From a virus (lineage: Duplodnaviria; Caudoviricetes): a DNA stretch of 31,729 nt. Positions 18,008-25,522 of the stretch are shown one piece after another (the stretch's first letter is position 1; each line of letters starts with the position of its first letter). Both the position numbers and the translations under genes were made by a program. The stretch is from IMG/VR virus record IMGVR_UViG_3300020368_000005, positions 1 to 31,729 of that record. One strand, written 5' to 3'. The notes under the pieces were generated by a model. The model was not told where the DNA came from. It worked only from the letters and a program-made list of their open reading frames with translations, and searched no databases.

Positions 18008-18346
18008 TTAATAATCTTTTTGCATCTTCTTGAGAGTGTCCTTCCAATCATAGGAAGGGTCTGGTGCATATGGTACCATCATTGATCCCATACATCTATC
18101 ATCTTTTCCAGTAACTATTGTTTCGTTACTCTTTCCTGCACCAACATATATACACACTAGATTATCTCCGATGTGTCCCATATATACTCTACGTGCAGTT
18201 GTCATCTTAACTTTATTTCTTTCGCCTCTTCTGATCTGTTGCTCTAGGGTGTAAGGCTTTGTGGCTCCGTATGTTTTCGCTCCGGCCAATACGTCTGGCG
18301 TAACCAATATATTAACAAATACAAAAGCAACCAAATATCCTATCAT
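18008..18346 (-). CDS. hypothetical exported protein
   Basis: signal-peptide-like N-terminus, two Cys; AAGGA SD. Confidence 0.7.
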   Translation of the reverse strand: MIGYLVAFVFVNILVTPDVLAGAKTYGATKPYTLEQQIRRGERNKVKMTTARRVYMGHIGDNLVCIYVGAGKSNETIVTGKDDRCMGSMMVPYAPDPSYDWKDTLKKMQKDY

Positions 18347-18825
18347 ATAAGTCCTTTAGCCTTGAACAAAAAATAAAATATAATAAAAGCCAGAAGTGCT
18401 ATGGCCAAGACAGCAGTTCCTATCTGTAATGTTTCAACAAAATCTTTACGCAATTGAGCCTGTTTGTAAACTTCCTTTTCTCTACGGTCTCTTATCTTAC
18501 GACGCATTTCTTTGAGTTCGTCCCAAGTTCCATAACCATAACGAAAGTTTAATAATGTTTGTAATTCTTTTTCCTGTTCAATGATTTTCTTCTCGTGCAT
18601 TAATAATTGTAATGCCTCTTCTTCTACTGATCCTGCTTGGAAAACTTTTTTGAACAACGGAGGCTTCTTTGCCATCTGTTGTCCTTTTCTAAAATCTGAT
18701 ATAGCGGTGTACCATTTGCCCATTTGCCCGACTGTGTTTTCAAAGTCTTGGCCTGCTTGGACAAATCTCTTTACGGTGTTAAAGGCCGACGTTGCGGCGG
18801 CGATTGCAGTAAAAGGATCTACTAT
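18343..18825 (-). CDS. hypothetical membrane protein, probable ATA start
   Basis: frame extends 34 codons beyond the track ATG to an ATA 6 nt after AGGAG; C-terminal TM helix. Confidence 0.7.
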   Translation of the reverse strand: MVDPFTAIAAATSAFNTVKRFVQAGQDFENTVGQMGKWYTAISDFRKGQQMAKKPPLFKKVFQAGSVEEEALQLLMHEKKIIEQEKELQTLLNFRYGYGTWDELKEMRRKIRDRREKEVYKQAQLRKDFVETLQIGTAVLAIALLAFIIFYFLFKAKGLI

Positions 18826-18874
18826 TTCCCTCTCCTAAAAAAATTAACCCTCAATACTATTTATATCATAATGG

Positions 18875-18905
18875 TTGACATCTCGGCAATATGGTGCTAT
18901 AAATA
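18875..18905 (+). promoter_or_regulatory. composite sigma70/late promoter for tmRNA
   Basis: TTGACA-17 bp-TATAAA with upstream TGn; the -10 box also reads TATAAATA. Confidence 0.75.
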
Positions 18906-18909
18906 TAGA

Positions 18910-19166
18910 GTAATTGTTGACGTCATTGTATGTCACAAGAGCAGGACCCGGGTGCAATTCCCGGCTACTCCACCAATTCAATACACCCCCTACGGGGTAG
19001 AATTAGGATCGACTGGCTTGTTAAGAATGAAAGAGATTACCGGGTGGGAACTCCGTTAACGTAACAAAACTATAAATGCAAACGATAATTTTGCATCTGA
19101 GGATTATGCACTAGCGGCATAATTTGACGGGGTTGGCAACTTACCTGGCAACAGAAAAGTTGCACC
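18910..19166 (+). ncRNA. ssrA: circularly permuted (two-piece) tmRNA
   Basis: T-arm plus CTACTCC-A-CCA (ends 18975) precedes GGGGTAG (18994-19000) with G3.U70; tag ORF ANDNFASEDYALAA* at 19078-19122; outer ends approximate. Confidence 0.93.
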
Positions 19167-19196
19167 TAAATTGATTAGAAGAAAAGGAATAAACAG

Positions 19197-19301
19197 ATGA
19201 CTACATATTTTGCCATTTTAGGAGTTGCACTTGTTATGAATGCGGTCCATGTAGTTATTACAGGCGAACCTTGGCTAGTCTGTATATCAGGTTGTAATTA
19301 A
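19197..19301 (+). CDS. 34-aa hydrophobic microprotein
   Basis: AAAGGA SD; MTTYFAILGVALVMNAVHVVITGEPWLVCISGCN; fills the gap between tmRNA and tRNA. Confidence 0.55.
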   Translation: MTTYFAILGVALVMNAVHVVITGEPWLVCISGCN

Positions 19302-19307
19302 AACAAT

Positions 19308-19382
19308 AGGGGCGAAGTGTCAATGGTTGCACATCAGATTCCAAACCTGAGAGAGAGGGTTCGATTCCTTCCGCCTCTGCCA
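19308..19382 (+). tRNA. tRNA-Trp (CCA)
   Basis: acceptor AGGGGCG/CGCCTCT, anticodon loop TTCCAAA, T-loop TTCGATT, G73 and encoded CCA. Confidence 0.9.
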
Positions 19383-19403
19383 ATTAATTGATAACATCAC
19401 TTG

Positions 19404-19434
19404 TTGACAAATACAAGTAAAGAGTGTATAAGTA
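19404..19434 (+). promoter_or_regulatory. sigma70-type promoter overlapping TATAAGTA
   Basis: TTGACA-17 bp-TATAAG. Confidence 0.65.
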
Positions 19435-19458
19435 TTTTGCATTCAGGAGGTGAATATT

Positions 19459-19527
19459 ATGACTGGAGCAGAAATTGGTATTACAATATTTGTTACACTT
19501 TGGTTAGTAGGAGTATTGACTAATTAA
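19459..19527 (+). CDS. 22-aa single-TM microprotein
   Basis: perfect AGGAGGTG SD; MTGAEIGITIFVTLWLVGVLTN. Confidence 0.65.
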   Translation: MTGAEIGITIFVTLWLVGVLTN

Positions 19528-19592
19528 AGTTAATATTGTATTATTTAACTTATGACGAATTATTTTAAAATATTAAAGTATGGGAGAAATAA

Positions 19593-20132
19593 ATGAGAAT
19601 AGTAACGACTCAGGTACCATTCCCCCATACTATTATATATGATTACTATGCTCCGAGAGAGTATAGTGTAATATATTCTGAACTTCATAGACTTAAACCT
19701 GTCATGGCAGACATAGGAAATGGAGTAAAAGGTTTATCTTTGGATAATCATTATAAAGCAGATAAAACCAAAAGTGATATCCTAACACATAGCAAACAAC
19801 TATTTGATGTTACCGAAAGACTTATTTCGGACAACCCCATGTTAAACTATTTGGATATGTCTAATGATACAACCACAGAAATACACTCTTATGATGATGG
19901 TAGTTTTCATAGTAGCCATAAAGATAAGGCAACAATTAGTTCAATTACCTTGTTCTGTAATGAGCCTAGAACATTCAAGGGCGGACATTTGAAGTTTGCT
20001 AAACAAGAATACATACCTAATTTGGAAAACAATTCCATTATATTATATCCAAGTTATGAATCACACGAGATTACTAAAACACAAGGTTCTGGCAGATTTT
20101 CCATAAATCAGTTCTATTTTATTAACCATTAA
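19593..20132 (+). CDS. 2OG-Fe(II) oxygenase (prolyl-hydroxylase-like)
   Basis: HKD..FKGGHL..YPS..HEI..GRFSI. Confidence 0.8.
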   Translation: MRIVTTQVPFPHTIIYDYYAPREYSVIYSELHRLKPVMADIGNGVKGLSLDNHYKADKTKSDILTHSKQLFDVTERLISDNPMLNYLDMSNDTTTEIHSYDDGSFHSSHKDKATISSITLFCNEPRTFKGGHLKFAKQEYIPNLENNSIILYPSYESHEITKTQGSGRFSINQFYFINH

Positions 20133-20135
20133 AGG

Positions 20136-20163
20136 TTGACATTTCCAAAATATCTGTTATATT
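20136..20163 (+). promoter_or_regulatory. sigma70-type promoter
   Basis: TTGACA-16 bp-TATATT with extended TGn. Confidence 0.65.
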
Positions 20164-20195
20164 AATAGTATAAATTTAATTCAAGAGGTAATATT

Positions 20196-20657
20196 ATGAC
20201 TATGCATCTTGCTAGAGGCTTAACAACTCTAAACACAAAGAAACCTAAAAGGCGTATCACTAAGGCTAAATTAAAACGTTGGGCAGAAGAACTAAGACTT
20301 TATAACAAAGACATGAAACGTCTTGGTATGCACGACCACAAAATGACATTTGAACAGTATGTTGAATATGTCCACGGAAACTTTACACCTGCAAGAAAGA
20401 CCGCAACAGTAATGTCAACACCATGGCATCAATCAGGTGTATCATATGAACGAAAAACTGATCATATCCCTAGTGGAAAATCAGGCAGTTTCGCCCCTGC
20501 AACAAAAAAAGAACCAATGCAATACACCGGCAAACGTAGACTTATTGGAATTGCTACAATGCATAAGTCTAACATGGTTCCAATTTTTGCAGACGATGAA
20601 GATGATAAGTCAGGTCGTAAGGCGGCAACAGAAATTGCAACAATGCGAAGGAACTAA
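20196..20657 (+). CDS. conserved T4-like phage hypothetical protein
   Basis: YTG..LIGIATMHKSNMVPIF motif; GAGGT SD. Confidence 0.8.
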   Translation: MTMHLARGLTTLNTKKPKRRITKAKLKRWAEELRLYNKDMKRLGMHDHKMTFEQYVEYVHGNFTPARKTATVMSTPWHQSGVSYERKTDHIPSGKSGSFAPATKKEPMQYTGKRRLIGIATMHKSNMVPIFADDEDDKSGRKAATEIATMRRN

Positions 20658-21344
20658 ATGGATAAAAGATTAAAACAAAAAATTCTTAGATGGACCTATA
20701 TTGTTTTAGGAACTATATTTGTTATATTATCAAGTTATGGTGCTGGTACTTTTTTTCCTAATGAAATGGTTAAAAATAAAATTGATAGCATAAAAGAACA
20801 AGAGATGATAAAAGAATGGAAGTCATACGGATTCTTTCAACCAAGTATAGAATATAGTAATGGCACAGAGTTTATACTTGCGGTTGGCAAGTGCATTGCC
20901 TTTCATAATTTACAACTTAATGTAGAACAAAGAATACACAGAGATATTATTGTATCTATGGCTGTATTAGAAACAGGTTATGGTACAAGTAGATTTGCCA
21001 ATGAGGCTAATAATTTATTTGGTATTAGAACTTGGCGTAAGAGTGAACCACAATTGAAAGCACTAGGAAATCCAGATGCTCCTTGGGGTGTTAAGAAATA
21101 CAAAACCAAATGCGATAGTGTATTGGATATGATTGAAACAATTAACAGACATTCTGCATATGAAAAGTTTAGAATAGTAAGAGCAGAACAAATAGATTCA
21201 GGTAAGATTGATTTGGATAAACAAATTGATTTACTTGCAAAATGGAGTACCAATCCAGACTATGTTAAATTGGTAAAAGCAAAGGCAAAAAAAGTAGAAA
21301 AAATATTGCTAAAACATTATAATGGAAATAAATTGGCAAATTAA
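20658..21344 (+). CDS. membrane-anchored glucosaminidase (GH73/Bax-like)
   Basis: LETGYGTSRF..NNLFGI and WSTNPDY motifs; N-terminal TM helix. Confidence 0.85.
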   Translation: MDKRLKQKILRWTYIVLGTIFVILSSYGAGTFFPNEMVKNKIDSIKEQEMIKEWKSYGFFQPSIEYSNGTEFILAVGKCIAFHNLQLNVEQRIHRDIIVSMAVLETGYGTSRFANEANNLFGIRTWRKSEPQLKALGNPDAPWGVKKYKTKCDSVLDMIETINRHSAYEKFRIVRAEQIDSGKIDLDKQIDLLAKWSTNPDYVKLVKAKAKKVEKILLKHYNGNKLAN

Positions 21345-21347
21345 TGG

Positions 21348-21376
21348 TTGATTTATTTTTAAAAGTAGTTTATAGT
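21348..21376 (+). promoter_or_regulatory. sigma70-type promoter
   Basis: TTGATT-17 bp-TATAGT upstream of an AGGAGG SD. Confidence 0.65.
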
Positions 21377-21410
21377 GTAATAGTAAGAATAGGCTAAAAA
21401 GGAGGCTTAA

Positions 21411-21899
21411 ATGAATAAACTATCGAAGGCACTTGTAATAGGATCTATGTTAATAGGACTAGGTGCTTGTTCAAGTATGACTACGGTAAGCGAAAGAGAC
21501 ACTTATGCAATGCCTAGTTGGTATAAAAAGTGTGAACAATCTGGATCTGAAGGATTCTTGTTCTGGAAAGAAGATTACGTTTACTCTTGTGGTTCTGGTG
21601 TAAGTATATTCCATCAGGGTGCAGAAGAAGAAATGTATGCTTTCGCAATCAATAACTTTGCAAAGAGAATTAACGGTACAGTTGATTCAAGCACAGTGAT
21701 CAAGATTGACGGCAATAATAAAAATACAACAACTGTAATCAAACATAAAGTTTCTAATACTAGAATTGCACAATATCTAGAGAAAGAAATGGAATGGTAC
21801 ACACTTGGTGGTAAGCATTATAAGTTTGTTAAATTTAAGATGCCCAAATCAATCTTTGAAGGATTGATTGCTGACGCAAAAGCACAGAGAGTTCAATAA
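21411..21899 (+). CDS. lipoprotein (LPP20-like)
   Basis: lipobox LGAC; PSWY motif. Confidence 0.75.
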   Translation: MNKLSKALVIGSMLIGLGACSSMTTVSERDTYAMPSWYKKCEQSGSEGFLFWKEDYVYSCGSGVSIFHQGAEEEMYAFAINNFAKRINGTVDSSTVIKIDGNNKNTTTVIKHKVSNTRIAQYLEKEMEWYTLGGKHYKFVKFKMPKSIFEGLIADAKAQRVQ

Positions 21900-22240
21900 T
21901 GTTTAGAATTGCACTTCTAATATTAGGTGCAGTTCTTATTCAAGGGTGTGCAAGTAAGCAGTTAACGGCTGATCGCCCTGAATACTGTCATACAACAAAG
22001 GACATTCTAGTAAAGAATGGTACTGACGTTGAATCTATGACTAAAGTTGAATGTACCGATAAAATTGCGGATCAAAACTTCCTAGCAAGATCTGGCATTG
22101 CCACAGACTGTAGAGAGTATTACTATCGTGTAGTCATTGGTGGCGAGCAAAGATACAAACGAGGTTTTGTTTGTAAAAAACTTGATAAGAATGGAGAGCA
22201 TGGTGGTTGGGAAATCGTCAATCCTAGCATTAATTATTAG
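21899..22240 (+). CDS. Cys-rich lipoprotein
   Basis: lipobox IQGC plus four further Cys. Confidence 0.75.
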   Translation: MFRIALLILGAVLIQGCASKQLTADRPEYCHTTKDILVKNGTDVESMTKVECTDKIADQNFLARSGIATDCREYYYRVVIGGEQRYKRGFVCKKLDKNGEHGGWEIVNPSINY

Positions 22241-22640
22241 TGTTAGTCTTTTAACTTCTTGTGCCAACACACAGGAGACTTACATTACCTCTGGTAGTGT
22301 AACATCAAGCACCAATAGTAAATATTTAGAAACTTCTACTTCTGTTGCAACCGTTGTAAACTTGTTTAGATGGGGATTACACAAACTTCCTAAAGAAGAT
22401 CAACTAAAACAAGAACAGGCTGTATTCTATGCATTAGATAATCTAGAAGAAGGTGAAGTAACTAGATGGTATAATGCAAAGCACAATTCAAAAGGTGCAG
22501 TTAAAGTGTCTATGACTTATCCATCTGGTAGTGGGTTTTGTAGGGTTATATTATCACAGATAACATATAAAAATAAAACAAGAGATTTTAAAGAAACTGC
22601 CTGTATTAATCATTTGAGGACCTGGAAATTTATAAGATAA
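22191..22640 (+). CDS. lipoprotein, 17-kDa surface-antigen (RT0821/Lpp0805)-like
   Basis: lipobox LTSC; ALD..GE..WYN..G..CR..TAC..W pattern; start uncertain (22191-22203). Confidence 0.7.
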   Translation: MESMVVGKSSILALIISVSLLTSCANTQETYITSGSVTSSTNSKYLETSTSVATVVNLFRWGLHKLPKEDQLKQEQAVFYALDNLEEGEVTRWYNAKHNSKGAVKVSMTYPSGSGFCRVILSQITYKNKTRDFKETACINHLRTWKFIR

Positions 22641-22674
22641 TTTTAGGTAAATATATATGTATCAAAGGAACACT

Positions 22675-24417
22675 ATGTGGTTAGGATTAATTACTTTTAT
22701 ATCCGCACTTACAATTAGTGCGGTAGCAATTTATTATTCAGTTGCAGGTCTGGCGGCTATATTTGCCGCGGCAGTTATACCTATTATAATAATGGGAGTG
22801 TCTTTAGAAGTTGGAAAACTTGTAACGGCAGTATGGTTGCATAGGAACTGGAGTCGTGCCGTATGGTGGCTTAAAACATATCTTGCAATAGCCGTTGTTG
22901 TTTTAATGTTTATTACCTCAATGGGTATCTTTGGATATCTTTCTAAAGCACACATAGAACAAACATCAATGAGCCAAGAGCAGGTTGCACTTATTACATC
23001 ATTAGATGATAAGTTAGCAAGATCAGAAGCAAAAATAGATAGATGGACTAACGAAATGGATCGCCTATTAGGTGGTGAAGATATTCGTGTTGATAACCTA
23101 ATTGATCGTGAACAAGTAGAATTAGATAAAATTAATGTTCTTATTAAAGCAGAGAAAGACGATATACGTAAAGACTTTGATAAGCAAATAGAATTACAGA
23201 ATCAAAGAATCATACAAGCAAAAGAACGTAAGGACGCAGATATACAAGCGGCCAAGGATAGGTTTGAAGGATCATTTGGTGGTGGTGCAAAGTTTGATAA
23301 AGCAGTAGAAGAAGCAAAAGCAAATGAATTAAGTGTGGCTTCGTCTGCTCAAAGAGAAATACGTAATATTAATGCACAACTTAATGATGCACTTGCTAAA
23401 GTAGATGCCAAGTATGCAAACGATATCAAAGCAATACAGGATAGAATACAAGATCTAAGAAGTCAAGCAAATGCTAAAACTGAGGATTTAGATGCTAGAA
23501 TAAATGAATTAGAACTATTCATTGATAAAGAACAAACAAACATAGACGGAGTTAGAGAAGAAAAATTTGCATATGAAAAGACTTATAGACAATTAGAAGC
23601 AGAAGTAGGACCAATCAAATACATAGCAGAATTTATTTACGGTGAACAAGCCGATCAAAATTTATTAGAGGCCGCTGTCAGATGGGTAATCATAATAATA
23701 ATATTTGTGTTTGACCCACTTGCAGTATTATTGCTAATTGCATCTCAATACACATTCAATTGGCGTAGAGAAGAAAAAGGTCTTATTGGTCCCGGAGGTG
23801 GTTCTATGCCCCCAAAGCCAAAGCAGGATCCAGAAGAACCTAACGATCCAAAACCAACACCAATTAGAGAAGTAGCAGTAGCAGGCTCATTAGGTGCAGT
23901 TACAACTGATCCAATTACAACTGACACAACTGAAGTAAAGGTAGAACCTGAAAAGTCTGTCAGTGAACAGATGCAGGAAGAACTTGAACCATTACCTGAA
24001 GAAACCAAACCTGAAGTAATGACGGAGGAAGAAGAATATGCCAATGCTGGTATAACTAAAGAAGAAGCAGAAAAGAAACCACAAGAAGTTGCTGATAGCA
24101 ATATTGCAGAAGAAATAGAAGAAGCAATGAAAGGTGAAGGTGACGATTTAGACAAATGGAATAATTGGGTAGAAGCCGCAAACAAAGAAGCAGAAAAAGA
24201 AACGGAAAAAGATCCTACTATCTTTATTCACTCAGGTGACGGAAACATACCAGAAGATGAAATAACAGGTATAGGAGAAGTCAAAGGAACTTTTAAACAA
24301 GCAGAAGAAAATAAACAAAAAGAAGAAGTTCAAAAAAAAACGGTGAAAAAAGGGTCGAACTACATAGTCAAGGAAGAGGGAAACCAAATCCGCAAAAAGA
24401 CCAATCCTGGAGAATAA
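22675..24417 (+). CDS. multi-TM coiled-coil membrane protein with acidic tail
   Basis: AAAGGA SD at ATG 22675; N-terminal TM helices, long coiled coil, IFVFDPLAV TM helix, acidic C-terminus. Confidence 0.85.
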   Translation: MWLGLITFISALTISAVAIYYSVAGLAAIFAAAVIPIIIMGVSLEVGKLVTAVWLHRNWSRAVWWLKTYLAIAVVVLMFITSMGIFGYLSKAHIEQTSMSQEQVALITSLDDKLARSEAKIDRWTNEMDRLLGGEDIRVDNLIDREQVELDKINVLIKAEKDDIRKDFDKQIELQNQRIIQAKERKDADIQAAKDRFEGSFGGGAKFDKAVEEAKANELSVASSAQREIRNINAQLNDALAKVDAKYANDIKAIQDRIQDLRSQANAKTEDLDARINELELFIDKEQTNIDGVREEKFAYEKTYRQLEAEVGPIKYIAEFIYGEQADQNLLEAAVRWVIIIIIFVFDPLAVLLLIASQYTFNWRREEKGLIGPGGGSMPPKPKQDPEEPNDPKPTPIREVAVAGSLGAVTTDPITTDTTEVKVEPEKSVSEQMQEELEPLPEETKPEVMTEEEEYANAGITKEEAEKKPQEVADSNIAEEIEEAMKGEGDDLDKWNNWVEAANKEAEKETEKDPTIFIHSGDGNIPEDEITGIGEVKGTFKQAEENKQKEEVQKKTVKKGSNYIVKEEGNQIRKKTNPGE

Positions 24418-24517
24418 ACCTTACCGAAGTGATAGAACCATATGAACAAAATGGTGAACAAACTGACGCATCACTTTTTAACAAGTTACTAGATAAGCGA
24501 AAATAAGTACTCATGTA

Positions 24518-24898
24518 ATGAGTAAGATCAATCTAATCACACCACCAGATAAGTTAAAGAATGATTTACCTAGTGTATTAATTGTTAATCCTGATCAAGG
24601 GATAAAACAACAATTTAATGACGTTGCTAAACAGATCAAAACTGACTTTAATCTTTATATGTTTGAAGAAGAAGTTGGTGTTGATACTGACTGGTTACTT
24701 GATGTTGCAAATTATGTTGATTACATTTTAATTAATATAGACGAATGTAAAGCAACACAATGGGCAGTTGGACATTTATTACGTTTTCCTAATAGTTGGT
24801 ACATGACTAAAAATGATCATGTTCCTTACAAGAAGATTAATATTAATAGAATATTTGATCTAGAGTCATTTGTAAAAGGAGTAAATTACTTTGAGTAG
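24518..24898 (+). CDS. hypothetical phage protein
   Basis: 126 aa; LITPPD motif; ATAAGTA 8 nt upstream. Confidence 0.75.
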   Translation: MSKINLITPPDKLKNDLPSVLIVNPDQGIKQQFNDVAKQIKTDFNLYMFEEEVGVDTDWLLDVANYVDYILINIDECKATQWAVGHLLRFPNSWYMTKNDHVPYKKININRIFDLESFVKGVNYFE

Positions 24899-24907
24899 GA
24901 GTATAGA

Positions 24908-25522
24908 ATGTTAAAAGCAGATTTATGGTTTCCAAGCATAGTATGGTGTGGTAAACTAGAAGTTGACGTTTCGTGGTTAAAAAATTATGCGGACAACTTA
25001 CGTAAGGCAGATCCAAGAGGACATAGTGTAAGCAATCATGGTGGTTGGCAAAGCAAGAGTATTGAATCATGGGATAAGGCACCCCAGGAGTTGATGTACT
25101 TTAGATCTGTGATAGATAGAGAAGTTAAGGATTGTGTTAAACAAGCAGGACTTCCAATGTTACAAATGAGTAATCTTTGGTTTAATATAAATGGATACAA
25201 AGATTATAATAATTTACATGATCATCAGAACAGTATTTTAAGTGGTGCATTCTATATTGATGTTGAAGAACCAGACTTGATGGGTAACATAGAATTTCAT
25301 AGAGAGGATGCCGCTATACACTTTTTACCACCACTTGATAAGTACAATCATTTCACAAGTCAAAAAGCATCTTATAGACCAGAGTCAGGATTAGTGTTAT
25401 TGTTTCCAAGTTGGCTTAAACATAACGTAGTTGGAAATTTAAGCCAAAAAGAAAGATACAGTTTATCATTTAATTTTACTCCCAGACAGCAACCAGTGAT
25501 GCAAGATGGACAACAGAACTAA
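24908..25522 (+). CDS. putative 2OG-Fe(II) oxygenase (TIGR02466-like)
   Basis: SNHGGWQS, WFNIN, HDH, LSGAFY, FPSWLKH..RYSLSFN. Confidence 0.85.
   Translation: MLKADLWFPSIVWCGKLEVDVSWLKNYADNLRKADPRGHSVSNHGGWQSKSIESWDKAPQELMYFRSVIDREVKDCVKQAGLPMLQMSNLWFNINGYKDYNNLHDHQNSILSGAFYIDVEEPDLMGNIEFHREDAAIHFLPPLDKYNHFTSQKASYRPESGLVLLFPSWLKHNVVGNLSQKERYSLSFNFTPRQQPVMQDGQQN

Noticed and set aside
18724-19059. 111-aa + strand ORF
   Set aside because: It overlaps the tmRNA, its promoter and the extended - strand gene.
19308-19382. tRNA-Trp as a UGA suppressor or sign of genome recoding
   Set aside because: The anticodon is CCA, conserved genes are intact in code 11, and TGA and TAG act as ordinary stops, including ATGA/GTGA overlaps.
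18910-19382. tmRNA/tRNA as a prophage attachment site in a bacterial chromosome
   Set aside because: No integrase or duplicated 3' end was seen, and phage-type genes and promoter motifs continue on both sides.
20437-20673. +1-frame ORF and A7 run inside the 20196 gene
   Set aside because: Only a partial SD (AGGTG) and no clear codon anomaly; the -1 frame after the A7 run closes within about ten codons.
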